A DNA stretch of 64,000 nucleotides from Candidatus Nanoarchaeia archaeon (GCA_035288965.1 DATDYQ010000104.1:10089-74088); one strand, 5' to 3'; positions 48,693 to 59,047 are shown, counted from the stretch's first letter. Program-made: numbers and translations. Notes: generated by a model not told the origin, from the sequence alone.

Positions 48693-50594
48693 ATGAATCA
48701 AAACAAAAAAAGAAGGATTTTTTTCTCACTAACAATATTTATTGTTTTTTTAGCAGCTTTATTCTTAGTACAAAAATTTAGTTTAGCAACAGTTACAATG
48801 GGAGCATTCCCAACATACAGTAATATTTCAACAAATAATACTAATTACAGAGGTACTGGTGGGGTAATGTACAACTTATCAAAAAACGGTGAACAACCAC
48901 TATTTAACATAACTATAATGAATAATGGTCCTGATCCAGTATATCAAATTTATATTAGGGTTCCTACAGACTATCTTATCACTCCCGGTACAAACATTAC
49001 TTTTTATAATACCAACCTGGCTATAGCTGGTGCAAGACTAAATGATAGTAATGTATCCATATCAAGTAATGCAACCGATATTAATATTTCATTTGTTAAA
49101 AGTCTACCAAATGCAATGAACTTAACTTCTGGAAGTAATCTTACATTTAACACAGTTATCAATGTAACTCAAATAACAGCAACAGAAAATGCATATATTT
49201 GGCAGGTAATTTTAATAGATAATGCATCTACCACTACTGATAGAACTATGAGAACTTTAATTGATGGATTAGCACCAAGAGTTTCAAATGTTAATGCAAC
49301 TGATGGTACTTATACAAAAAATTCAGGAGATTTGAATAATCGATCTCATCTTAAAGGACATGGTGGTTATGCTAATATTTCTATAACTGCCACAATAGCA
49401 GATATGAACTTAAATCCAATAAGAAACTCCAGTGTTAGACTTGTAATGGCAATCAATCATTCAGGAGCTGGGTCACTTCCAATAATAAGTAACGGAAATG
49501 GTTATCAAGGAACATTCTTTAAAGTATATAATATGAGTACTGTTTCAACACACTCACCTTATATCTATAATGTTACTATACCAACTGGACTATTAAACGG
49601 AACAAATCACACAAGCTTCTTTATAGTTGTGAATGACAGCTTAGGATATCAAACAAATGAAACAAATGGTGGAATTTACTATAATTTCACTATTGATGAC
49701 GATAATCCAAACACCCCAACAGTAACGCCAACACCTTCATCAACAACTACAAATAATGCAGTTTCAGTTGCATGCAGTGGTGGTGGAGATCCAACATCTA
49801 ATACAGTTACATATTCAATATCAGTAACTAAACCTAGTGGAGGAGTTTTAATATCAGCAATAAACCCATATCAATTCACAGATACTTCAGCAACAGGAAC
49901 ATATACAATTACATGTACAGCAGCAGACTCAACAGGACACTCAACAACCTCAAGCTCAGGTTCATTCACCGTTACTTATGATGGTGGTGGAGGCGGCGGT
50001 GGAGGGGGCGGAGGTTCTGGAGGAAGTTCAGGTTCAAGAGGAACAGTTCCATCACTAGCAGAATCAAGCACTGCTCAATTAACATTAAACACAGGTGAAG
50101 CTAAGATACTTGAACTAGGAAATAGTTTAGTACAAAGTGTAACATTAGCAGCAGGACAAAAAATAGCTACCTCAATTAAAGTAGAAGGTATACCTGCACC
50201 ATCTGTAGCTGGTTACAAGATAATTCAGGCATTCAAACTAGAAACATCAATAACAAGGTCGATGTTAAGTAGCAACCCTACAATTACATTTACCTGTCCA
50301 GAAAATGGTAAAAAGATATCTCTCTTAAGAGAAGAAAGTACAGGAAAGTGGAATAGTTATCCTGCTACAAGACTTGGATCTGGTAAATGTCAAGCTACAG
50401 TTCCAGGATTCTCAAACTTTGCAGTAGCAGAAGAAGCAACACCAGTAACTCAACCTACTAAAGCTCCAACAACACAACCTGCACCTGTACAAAAAGCGCC
50501 AGCAGCAACAACAGCAATAATTATAGTGATTATTATAATAGTCATTATAATCTTATTAATTGTAGCAATGACAAAGAAAAAAGGAAAGAAATAA
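48693..50594 (+). CDS. Secreted surface glycoprotein with PGF-pre-PGF-like domain and C-terminal TM anchor
   Basis: Signal peptide, dense N-x-S/T sequons, poly-Gly linker, VPGFSNFAV, Pro/Thr linker, TM + KKKGKK. Confidence 0.8.
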   Translation: MNQNKKRRIFFSLTIFIVFLAALFLVQKFSLATVTMGAFPTYSNISTNNTNYRGTGGVMYNLSKNGEQPLFNITIMNNGPDPVYQIYIRVPTDYLITPGTNITFYNTNLAIAGARLNDSNVSISSNATDINISFVKSLPNAMNLTSGSNLTFNTVINVTQITATENAYIWQVILIDNASTTTDRTMRTLIDGLAPRVSNVNATDGTYTKNSGDLNNRSHLKGHGGYANISITATIADMNLNPIRNSSVRLVMAINHSGAGSLPIISNGNGYQGTFFKVYNMSTVSTHSPYIYNVTIPTGLLNGTNHTSFFIVVNDSLGYQTNETNGGIYYNFTIDDDNPNTPTVTPTPSSTTTNNAVSVACSGGGDPTSNTVTYSISVTKPSGGVLISAINPYQFTDTSATGTYTITCTAADSTGHSTTSSSGSFTVTYDGGGGGGGGGGGSGGSSGSRGTVPSLAESSTAQLTLNTGEAKILELGNSLVQSVTLAAGQKIATSIKVEGIPAPSVAGYKIIQAFKLETSITRSMLSSNPTITFTCPENGKKISLLREESTGKWNSYPATRLGSGKCQATVPGFSNFAVAEEATPVTQPTKAPTTQPAPVQKAPAATTAIIIVIIIIVIIILLIVAMTKKKGKK

Positions 50595-50621
50595 ATACTT
50601 TTTCTTTATCTCTTTTTTTAT

Positions 50622-51170
50622 ATGAAAACAATAATCACAATATTAATCTTATTATTAATATCTATAAACATCGTTTCTGCAAATAAAGTTATCGAACTTA
50701 ATGATATCTCTAATGGAACATTAAATAATCTTTATGTTAAACAAAGTGATGCTATCTTATTTACTCTTTTTGATCATGAACATGCAATTGTAATAAAGAA
50801 AATACAATACAAAGGTGTAGATATAGCAATTTTTCCATATAGAAATAATACGGTTTACACAACATTAAAAGAAAATGCTCGAACTTATATAGATCTAAAC
50901 AAGGATGAAGTAGATGATATATCTATTAGACTAATAAATTACAAAAATGGAACTGATGGTAATGCAATGATAAGATTTGCTGTTCTTAAGAATACAGAAA
51001 AAGAAAATACTGAAGATAACTCTTCATCAAGTGTTACTGGAAATGTTGTGAATAATGATATCAAAAAACCTAATAACAATCTTTTATTTATCTTTATACC
51101 AATGGTTATAATATTACTAGCATCATTAATATTCTTATTAAGAAAGAAAAATTTAAATACTAAGGAATAA
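50622..51170 (+). CDS. Secreted protein with C-terminal TM anchor
   Basis: Signal peptide, 'DLNKDEVDD' Ca-binding-like loop, TM + basic tail. Confidence 0.75.
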   Translation: MKTIITILILLLISINIVSANKVIELNDISNGTLNNLYVKQSDAILFTLFDHEHAIVIKKIQYKGVDIAIFPYRNNTVYTTLKENARTYIDLNKDEVDDISIRLINYKNGTDGNAMIRFAVLKNTEKENTEDNSSSSVTGNVVNNDIKKPNNNLLFIFIPMVIILLASLIFLLRKKNLNTKE

Positions 51171-51186
51171 TTCAATTCTTAGGTGA

Positions 51187-53751
51187 ATGATGAATAAAAA
51201 GAGGATATTACTAAATATAGTGTTGTTGTCTATTTTATTTCTAGCAATTAAAGAAGTATCTGCGGTACAACTCAATATAACTTTTATTAATGGAACAACA
51301 TATCCAAGTTTTCAAATAGGAAATTTCTCAAGAAATTACACAATAACAATAAATGTTTCCAATGTAGGAATAAGTAACGCTACTCAACCATTAAATGTAA
51401 CTTTATTCATGCCTCGTGGTATTCAAAACAGTACGGCTGCTGATTGCGGTTTAGACTTCAGGATTATAAATGATACCACTTCTTCATGTACCCTTAATAT
51501 AACAAGAATGGGAGCAGGAGTTATGGACGTTGTTCCATCAAACGCAACAATAATTGCTATAAATGTTACAACCTCTGTTTCAGCATTTACAAATTATACA
51601 TCAATGATATTCACAGCTAAAGCTTATTGTGGAAATTGTACTGGAACAGCTAATGTAACACAAACAGTAAGCTTATCTGGGAATCCTTATTATAAAAATC
51701 CTCGTCCATATGTACGTGATTATTCTTCATTCGAAAACGCAACGTTCATCTTTGATTCATGGAGTCAAATTCGTCCTTACTATGAAGTTTGGGCTCCAAT
51801 GATGACATTTAACACAACATCAAATAAGACTCAACTTGCAAACTTATCATTTGCTGATATAATCTATGCAGATCTTCCATTTATACAGGGTCCAAACTAC
51901 ATGGAAATGTGGGGTTATAGATTAAATTTCACAATTAATTTTAATAACACTGGTGGTTTAGGAAATACAACATTTAGAGTTTATACTCCTATTGTTGATC
52001 CAACCTATCAAATACTTTTCCCATTGCTGTCAATGAATGTTTCAGCTCCAGGATTACAGGCAACCCGTTCATTTATAATGGCAGTTCCAAGCGCTTCTTC
52101 ATTTTCAGTTTGGTATAATGGAACAGAATATACATCTCAATCATTAAATGCAAATTTCTCTATTAATGTTGCTTACAATACAGGATATGGACAAGGTGCT
52201 GACTCAAACCCAGAAAAATATTTATTATTAAATGTATCCTCCCCATCAACTCGTGGAAATGTAAGTCTTTCAGTTATGTTCACATTATTCTCTAATGAAA
52301 CAGCTGCAAGAACAGTCTCTCCATTATATGTTCAAAGTCAGGTAGGTTCAGGATTTATGGGTGGCGATGCCCCTCCTGTAATTGGTGGAAATGTAAGTCT
52401 TAATTATTCATTATACGCAGTAAACCTACTTCCAAATTATACTTTAGATGATCTAAGGTTAAAATTCTTATCTCCCACTTCAGTTACAATAGTTAATACA
52501 AGTGCTACCTATAATCTAACAGATAACTTAAACGTTTCATGGCGCAACAGTAAAATAACTACCCGTTCATCTTGGGAGAGCATAATGAATATAATTACTA
52601 GTAATATATCATTTAGTCTTGTAGATAATCTTGCTGGCTCTCCGAATATTGGAAGAAATATAACTCTAAATTTCACATATTTCGAAATTAATCTAACAAA
52701 CAATACATTTAATAATTGGCTTCCAAATTCATCTTTATCAAATATAACTGTAAACATGTCTGGAATACTTAGATTCCCAACTTTAAATAAAACAGTATCA
52801 ATCCCATGTACTTCAGGTGCCCACAATCTATATAATCTTTCAGTTTCTATAAGTCAACAAGGTGCATTAAATTTAACAGATGATATAGGATCTTGCTTTA
52901 ATGCAACAGTTACAGATGTTATACTTAGAATAGATAATACAGTAATGACAAATGCAAGTAATTTTACTGTAGGCAGTTTGGTTGTGAATAGTATCGGTCA
53001 AGGAACTCATACTGTTTCGGTTTCATGGAAATCTCCAGCAGCAGCATCCTCTTCAACATCATCTACTTCATCAGCAACATCATCAGGCGGAACAACATCC
53101 TCTGCAGCTGCTCCAACCGAAAAAGAACATACAATTGTAATTACTGAATTTAAACCAAATGTTCCAGTAACAATAGCACAAGATTATCCTGAACTTCCAT
53201 TAAAAGAATTAGTAATAACAACAAATGATAAGGCATCAAGTGTTAAAATAACAACTAAAAATCTTGAAGCTCTTCCAAAAGATACATCTGCTCCAGAAGG
53301 AGTCTTTATTAATTCATATTTCAGTGTAGAAAAATCCAATTTAGATAATGCAAAAATTAAGTCCGTTGATCTTAAATTCCAAGTTACAAAAGCTTGGTTA
53401 ACAGAAAATATCGTCGATAAAAACGATATTATATTACAACACTTTACTGAAGGTTCATGGAAGAAATTATCTACAAAACTTATTAGCGAAACAGCAGATT
53501 ATGGGTTGTATGAAGCTACAACAGATGGTCTATCAACATTTGCTATAACTAGTAATAAAGCAGCTCCATCAGTTCCAGAAACAACTGGAGAAGTAACTAA
53601 AGATACAGAAAAAACGCAACCTCCAGCAACAATTAAAAAATCTCCAAGTTCTTCTACAATTATAATAATAACTCTTCTAGCAATAATTGCAATAATGTTA
53701 ATTGTTTATTTTATCCGAGTAGGTAAAAAACAACATAAAAATTATTTATAA
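51187..53751 (+). CDS. PGF-pre-PGF domain surface glycoprotein
   Basis: Signal peptide, very dense sequons, Ser-rich linker, FQVTKAWL...W.KL.T...YEATTDGLSTFAI, TM + basic tail; AGGTGA SD. Confidence 0.85.
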   Translation: MMNKKRILLNIVLLSILFLAIKEVSAVQLNITFINGTTYPSFQIGNFSRNYTITINVSNVGISNATQPLNVTLFMPRGIQNSTAADCGLDFRIINDTTSSCTLNITRMGAGVMDVVPSNATIIAINVTTSVSAFTNYTSMIFTAKAYCGNCTGTANVTQTVSLSGNPYYKNPRPYVRDYSSFENATFIFDSWSQIRPYYEVWAPMMTFNTTSNKTQLANLSFADIIYADLPFIQGPNYMEMWGYRLNFTINFNNTGGLGNTTFRVYTPIVDPTYQILFPLLSMNVSAPGLQATRSFIMAVPSASSFSVWYNGTEYTSQSLNANFSINVAYNTGYGQGADSNPEKYLLLNVSSPSTRGNVSLSVMFTLFSNETAARTVSPLYVQSQVGSGFMGGDAPPVIGGNVSLNYSLYAVNLLPNYTLDDLRLKFLSPTSVTIVNTSATYNLTDNLNVSWRNSKITTRSSWESIMNIITSNISFSLVDNLAGSPNIGRNITLNFTYFEINLTNNTFNNWLPNSSLSNITVNMSGILRFPTLNKTVSIPCTSGAHNLYNLSVSISQQGALNLTDDIGSCFNATVTDVILRIDNTVMTNASNFTVGSLVVNSIGQGTHTVSVSWKSPAAASSSTSSTSSATSSGGTTSSAAAPTEKEHTIVITEFKPNVPVTIAQDYPELPLKELVITTNDKASSVKITTKNLEALPKDTSAPEGVFINSYFSVEKSNLDNAKIKSVDLKFQVTKAWLTENIVDKNDIILQHFTEGSWKKLSTKLISETADYGLYEATTDGLSTFAITSNKAAPSVPETTGEVTKDTEKTQPPATIKKSPSSSTIIIITLLAIIAIMLIVYFIRVGKKQHKNYL

Positions 53752-53756
53752 AAAAA

Positions 53757-53853
53757 CGCCGCAGCCAGGATTTGAACCTGGACATCCTTTCGGAAACCAG
53801 CTATCTTTCTCAAGACTCAAGGCTGGCGCCATACCAGATTAGGCGACTGCGGC
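53757..53853 (-). tRNA. tRNA-Ser(UGA) with a 13-nt intron at 37/38 (53803-53815)
   Basis: Acceptor GCCGCAG/CTGCGGC with discriminator G; D-arm GCC..TGG..GGC; anticodon stem CCAGC/GCTGG; loop CT-TGA-G[intron]A; long variable arm TCC-GAAA-GGA; T-arm CCAGG-TTCAAAT-CCTGG. No encoded CCA; a T-run follows. Confidence 0.92.
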
Positions 53854-53890
53854 ACAAAAAATTAACGAATTTAACCTTTTTTAAATCTTT

Positions 53891-54529
53891 TTAAAACACA
53901 GTCAACAAGTGCATTACTAATTTATCTGTAACTCTAAATAAATCTTTCCCGTCTTTTCCCTCTACAATAACACAATTTCCGTCAACTGTTATCTTGCTTT
54001 CATCTCCTAAAGTTAAAAGAATCACAGATTCTTCATTATTTGCATCTTTACATGTTTTCACAGGCAGCTCAAGTTCCTTTCCCCTATCTGTTTCCCTTGT
54101 TAATGCACTTATAGTATCAATTTTAAATACCCCATAATACGCCATTCCCGTTACTCTATTAGTTTCAACTATTGCCAAGACGCTCTCACTATCAGTTAAC
54201 TTTGGTAAATCAGGATCCTGAGTGATATAGATTTTTTCCTTTGCTTTATTTTCATTATATAAAATTACCTCTCTTGCTTTTTCATCCAATTTAATATCCT
54301 CTAGTTCTTTCGGGCTATGTCTGAATGGTATTAAGAATTTATTATTTCCAGAATAAGCTTCTAAAACATAATTTAATTCATTATCTGTTTTAACAACGTT
54401 AAATCTAAATTTTTCTCCTTGATCATTCTCCCAAGTAATCACACTCTTCTTATAATTAAAATAAAATATACTAGAAAAAAAAACTATACTAAAAATTAAC
54501 AACAATATCAAAAATGTTTTCGTTTTCAT
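53891..54529 (-). CDS. Membrane-anchored hypothetical protein (paralog of 54526-55086)
   Basis: N-terminal TM; C-terminal 'LPVKTC...GNCVIVEG...D'. Confidence 0.75.
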   Translation of the reverse strand: MKTKTFLILLLIFSIVFFSSIFYFNYKKSVITWENDQGEKFRFNVVKTDNELNYVLEAYSGNNKFLIPFRHSPKELEDIKLDEKAREVILYNENKAKEKIYITQDPDLPKLTDSESVLAIVETNRVTGMAYYGVFKIDTISALTRETDRGKELELPVKTCKDANNEESVILLTLGDESKITVDGNCVIVEGKDGKDLFRVTDKLVMHLLTVF

Positions 54530-55086
54530 ATTACACCTAATATTTTATAATTTATATAATCTATGTTGTTAGATATCTGAAATATGCTTCCTTCAATTTT
54601 AAAACAATTTCCTTCTTTACTAATAATATTCTTTTCATCATTAATTTTAAAATAAAATCCATTAACTTTGCTACAATCAACTATGGGCAATTCATTATCG
54701 CATTCTTTTTCATTCAAACAGGCTCTTAATCCTCCCTTTCCGGTCAATCTTAAAACTAATTCAAGTTTAGCTAGGCTATCTTCTATATCATTTTTACTAA
54801 AATCATATATAATGTAATTATTTCCAGTTAAACTTAAATCATTAACCTCATAACCTTTCAATTGATCTGGTAAATTATCGAAAACAAATTGTTGCCCGTT
54901 TATGCTCGTTACCCATCTTCCATTTACTAAATCAAATTTATATCCATTAATCTTTTTTGTTGTAGCCAAATTACTATTACTGTTTCCCTGTAAGGCAATA
55001 AATCCAAGTACGCTAGTTATCATAATTATCACTAAGAATAAAGTGATTAAAATCTTTGCAGTTTTTTTGTTATCTCTCATAATCAA
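54526..55086 (-). CDS. Membrane-anchored hypothetical protein
   Basis: N-terminal TM; C-terminal 'LPIVDC...GNCFKIEG...D'; ATGA overlap. Confidence 0.75.
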   Translation of the reverse strand: MIMRDNKKTAKILITLFLVIIMITSVLGFIALQGNSNSNLATTKKINGYKFDLVNGRWVTSINGQQFVFDNLPDQLKGYEVNDLSLTGNNYIIYDFSKNDIEDSLAKLELVLRLTGKGGLRACLNEKECDNELPIVDCSKVNGFYFKINDEKNIISKEGNCFKIEGSIFQISNNIDYINYKILGVI

Positions 55087-55208
55087 TAGGAAAAATTAAA
55101 CGATTATATAACTTTCTATTCATTAAAAATTTATAAAATGGAACATATATTATATAATAGTATTAATCAAAAGATAGCTTTATAAATTTTGTTATTTTTA
55201 ATAAGATA

Positions 55209-55772
55209 ATGGGAACATTAGATGATGCATTGTCAAGTCTACCTGATAGTAATATAACTTCTGGACAGGTTGTATATCCTGAATTTAATGAAGATATTGA
55301 AGCAATATATGATGATATTAAAAGGGAGTATGAATATGATGCTGCTGTATTCCCAAAGGTTTCAAAACGTTTCCTATTCTGGAATATAAAACGTGTTACA
55401 AGGGACAAAAAAGCTCTTGTTGCTTCAACTACGATGCAAAGAGTTAAAGTTACTGACAATGTTATTAATCTTTTAGAAAAAACTTTAGAAAGGAAAATTG
55501 ATTTTGGCACGATAAAAAGACCTGATTTAGAAAAATTTCTTGCATTTGAAGATTTAGATTTAACATATGATAATCTTGATTTAGAATTGATAGACGAAAA
55601 ATTAAAAAAAATTGGTTCGATCTTTTATATCTTCCCACATATTCAACCTGGATATGGTGGAGGTTATTTGGTTAATGGTGGCATTCATCTTAAAATATTG
55701 GGTTCTGCAATAAAAAACGGAGCTCAATATAATTATCTTAAATCAGAATTATCCAAAACATTAAAAATTTAA
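55209..55772 (+). CDS. Hypothetical protein
   Basis: 187-aa ORF with TTTATAAA about 25 nt upstream. Confidence 0.7.
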   Translation: MGTLDDALSSLPDSNITSGQVVYPEFNEDIEAIYDDIKREYEYDAAVFPKVSKRFLFWNIKRVTRDKKALVASTTMQRVKVTDNVINLLEKTLERKIDFGTIKRPDLEKFLAFEDLDLTYDNLDLELIDEKLKKIGSIFYIFPHIQPGYGGGYLVNGGIHLKILGSAIKNGAQYNYLKSELSKTLKI

Positions 55773-55773
55773 T

Positions 55774-56463
55774 ATGGAAGATTTTTTAAAAAATTGCATA
55801 GATAATCTGCTAAAGGATTATTCTTCCATTGAAGCACTATATCTCTATGGTTCTTATATTAATGGTTATTATAAAAAAGACTCTGATATTGATTTAGTCG
55901 CTTTAACAAAGATTCATGCAAAAAATGATCCAATAAACTTTCCACCAAATATCAGTGTGCATATGGTAAATCCATCAGTAGTAGAATTTTTTGAATCTGG
56001 GATACCATACACTCATTTGAGAATGATTCCTGTTTACAACAAAGAGAAATGTGAAGAAATATCTGAAAGATTAAAATCAGAGTTAGTTAGACGAGAATTA
56101 ATAAGATTTAAAAGAAAGGGAATTTCTGATTTTTCAACATTAGACCCCATATATAACTACCTTCTTGGTTATGCCATTAAAAGACCTTGGCGCATAAAAC
56201 CTATAAAGAGAATATTCAAATCAGAAGAAACTAAACAAATTTTACATGCGGAATATAAAAATATTATGAATAAACTAGAAAAAAGGGGAATGATAAAACA
56301 TTCTGGAGATATTTATACCATAAACAAGAATTTTGTTTTTGATGGGGAATCAGCTACAGAATTAAAAGATTCTTTCCAATATAAGGTAAAGAACTCAGAT
56401 TATGGTATTTATTATTTACTTTGTTTACCTTCTATGTTAGAATTTTCGCTAAAACGAATTTGA
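55774..56463 (+). CDS. Pol-beta-type nucleotidyltransferase domain protein
   Basis: LYLYGSYING...DSDIDLV; extended C-terminal region. Confidence 0.8.
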   Translation: MEDFLKNCIDNLLKDYSSIEALYLYGSYINGYYKKDSDIDLVALTKIHAKNDPINFPPNISVHMVNPSVVEFFESGIPYTHLRMIPVYNKEKCEEISERLKSELVRRELIRFKRKGISDFSTLDPIYNYLLGYAIKRPWRIKPIKRIFKSEETKQILHAEYKNIMNKLEKRGMIKHSGDIYTINKNFVFDGESATELKDSFQYKVKNSDYGIYYLLCLPSMLEFSLKRI

Positions 56464-56508
56464 TTATTGATAGATAGTTTTATAAATCTTTTAATAATTA
56501 AAAATAAC

Positions 56509-56655
56509 ATGGCATTGAAATTCAAAACAGATCCCAAACCAGGAAAATGCTGGATAGAGAGTTGCGAAGAAGAAACTTATGCCGTACTAGCAGGTAGAAG
56601 ACTTTGTTCTAAACATACAAAAGAATTTCAAGCAGAAGTTTTCGCAATAAAATAG
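56509..56655 (+). CDS. Small putative zinc-binding protein (48 aa)
   Basis: C-x4-C...C-x2-H; ATG 56509 lies about 25 nt after TTTATAAA. Confidence 0.65.
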   Translation: MALKFKTDPKPGKCWIESCEEETYAVLAGRRLCSKHTKEFQAEVFAIK

Positions 56656-56704
56656 ATTTCTAATAAAAATTTAAAATTAAATATAAAAAAGAAAAAATAG
56701 TTGC

Positions 56705-59047
56705 TTAAGCAACTGTTATTCCGCTAAGGTCTAATGAAGTTCCTGTTACGGTAACTGATGTCTTTCCAGACAATAAGGCTTTTATGTTTGCATCATCGTA
56801 GTTAGCTAACACTACACCAGCTCTTCTAGTGTCTGCTGCTTCCCAGCCTGCTGCAACCAATGCCCAGTTTGCTCCATTAGCTTTCAACTGGATAACTGCT
56901 GTGTCCTGTGCTATTCCAGATGCTGCTCCACATGATCCAGCTGCAACTCCAAGTAAACTTGCTGTTACACTGTTAACACATGGTCCACCAACTGAGATTA
57001 CATTCCAAGAAGCTATGTTTGTTACTTGACTTGCTTTCTTTGGTGTTGGTGCTGTTGTTGTTACACTTGGTGTTTCATCTCCAGAAACTTCTGTTCTAGT
57101 TCCACCGACCTTTGCGATTCCCTGTACTAAATCGCTTGGTATCATTAAGTGTACTCTATCACTTGAACCTTGGCTATCTGGGTTTTCGATGATAACTCCA
57201 AATTTTGTTCTATGGTTTTCATCCTTTGCACCAAGAAGAGTACAAGTAACTCCTGTTGGGCACCAAGATACATCTATTCCCTCAGCTGTACTTCCGCCAG
57301 CAGTTGCTCCAAGTGTTCTAAATTTACCCCCACTTAAAGCCCAAGTTGTGGTTATATTTTCTGTTTCAGCAAAGTCTGTTGTTTCTAACAATCTTAATGT
57401 AATATTGTAGTGCCCTGTTGTTGTTTGGTTTACTGCATTTAAATGCAATTGTGCGTTATTGTTCTTTGTATCTCCAAAGTTTACGTGTGCAAACTTAGTA
57501 GACATATTTCCTTGAACTCCTTCACCACCTTCTGGATCACTTATATTACCTGCATACACTATATCTTTTACATCGTTATCATAGTAAAACAACATAGTTG
57601 CGTTGTGTCTTGCATCAAGTACATCTGTGTAGAAATAAATATCTTTAGTCTTCTTTTCTGTAGTTACATTATTGTCTGCCCAGTTTCTAGAAGTTCCATC
57701 GCTATCTGCATCTACCACTAAACCTTCTGATTGGTCTGTGTAAATGTGTACAGCTTGTGCACTAGAAGGTACTCCTGCGATACCTGCAACAGATAAATCT
57801 GCACTAGATAGATATTCAAACCACAAATCCATGTAATCATCATCTGCTACATTTAATTTATCATAACAGACGCTTACATAATTTTCTGGGTATGAAATAC
57901 ATTCTCCAGCTGCAACAGCTCCTCTAGCTTTAGTATCTCTTAAGAAGTTATTTCTAACTCCAAATTTAATACCTCCAACATAGATTCCTGAGTTGTTGTT
58001 TACAATGCTTGTAGCCGAATTACTCGTTAATGCACCGATGTCCCATTTCCAATCTGGACTTTGTTCTGGTTCTCCAATATAAGAGTCTCCATTTTTATAG
58101 GTCTTTGTAGCTTCTTTTCCAACAATAAGTGTAGCTGATCTTTCAGCTGTTGTATCAGAATAGAATGTTTCATCTACTTTGACGTCAAGTCCGTTTACGG
58201 TTTCTGTACTTCCACCGCTTACAGATTCTTGAACACCATCGACACTTAAGATTACAGATTGTGGGCTTGTTCCAGATGCTACATTGTTTAATGTAACTGT
58301 CTTTCCATCAACTACAATACTTTCTCCAACTTTTAAGAAGTATTCAGCTCCTACATTTGCTGTAAATTGTGTTGCAGATATGGTTGTTATCTTTAATTTT
58401 CTTCCCAAGAAATTTAATTCTAATGGGTAGTTTGTATTTACTGGATTTGCTGAGTCGCTTAAGTTAATGGCTTCATCAAATGCATAGTAGTAATACAATC
58501 CATTTCTTGGTATTTCTAAGAAAATTCCATCTTTATAATCGTCTTCGCCACTTGTCAAGCTTGTCTGGAATGCTGTTCCATTACTTAGGGCATTTATCAC
58601 AACATGTTCGCTAATATCATATTGTGAACTTCTCCAGTTCATTTCTGTGTCAAGTAAGCTTTTTATATCTCCATCGTCTAAGTCTGCATCTATCTGGTTT
58701 GTAGTTGTTAAAGCAACTCCAAGAGGAATATCTTCTTCAACACCACCTGTTATTGTGGTTTTTGTTACAGTTCCTCCGCCTCCACCGCTTCCAGAAGTTA
58801 CAGATCCAGCAATTTTATTAGAAATAGCTGTTAAAGCTACATTATCTTCTGATGCTGCTGTATCACCAAAGACATAAGCTAAATTTTGGTATTTCCCATC
58901 CATAACAAATGGTTTTGGGTAATCACCTAATGTGTAACTTGCTGCTAAAGCTCCGCTCATCGTAGCTCCGAGCATTGCTACACCTGCTCCGACAGCTGCT
59001 ATTTTTCTAATTGCTGTCTTCGCTTTTATCGCAAAGTTTTCTTGCAT
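56705..59047 (-). CDS. S-layer protein (Methanococcales-type N/C domains)
   Basis: 'IRKIAAVGAGVAMLGATMSGALAA' signal, 'LGDYPKPFV', C-terminal 'VGGPCVNSVTA' and 'AAGWEAADT'; GGAGGTG SD before ATG 59047. Confidence 0.9.
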   Translation of the reverse strand: MQENFAIKAKTAIRKIAAVGAGVAMLGATMSGALAASYTLGDYPKPFVMDGKYQNLAYVFGDTAASEDNVALTAISNKIAGSVTSGSGGGGGTVTKTTITGGVEEDIPLGVALTTTNQIDADLDDGDIKSLLDTEMNWRSSQYDISEHVVINALSNGTAFQTSLTSGEDDYKDGIFLEIPRNGLYYYYAFDEAINLSDSANPVNTNYPLELNFLGRKLKITTISATQFTANVGAEYFLKVGESIVVDGKTVTLNNVASGTSPQSVILSVDGVQESVSGGSTETVNGLDVKVDETFYSDTTAERSATLIVGKEATKTYKNGDSYIGEPEQSPDWKWDIGALTSNSATSIVNNNSGIYVGGIKFGVRNNFLRDTKARGAVAAGECISYPENYVSVCYDKLNVADDDYMDLWFEYLSSADLSVAGIAGVPSSAQAVHIYTDQSEGLVVDADSDGTSRNWADNNVTTEKKTKDIYFYTDVLDARHNATMLFYYDNDVKDIVYAGNISDPEGGEGVQGNMSTKFAHVNFGDTKNNNAQLHLNAVNQTTTGHYNITLRLLETTDFAETENITTTWALSGGKFRTLGATAGGSTAEGIDVSWCPTGVTCTLLGAKDENHRTKFGVIIENPDSQGSSDRVHLMIPSDLVQGIAKVGGTRTEVSGDETPSVTTTAPTPKKASQVTNIASWNVISVGGPCVNSVTASLLGVAAGSCGAASGIAQDTAVIQLKANGANWALVAAGWEAADTRRAGVVLANYDDANIKALLSGKTSVTVTGTSLDLSGITVA

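Noticed and set aside
49980..50040. G-rich tract as a repeat element or G-quadruplex
   Set aside because: It encodes the poly-Gly/Ser linker of the surface protein.
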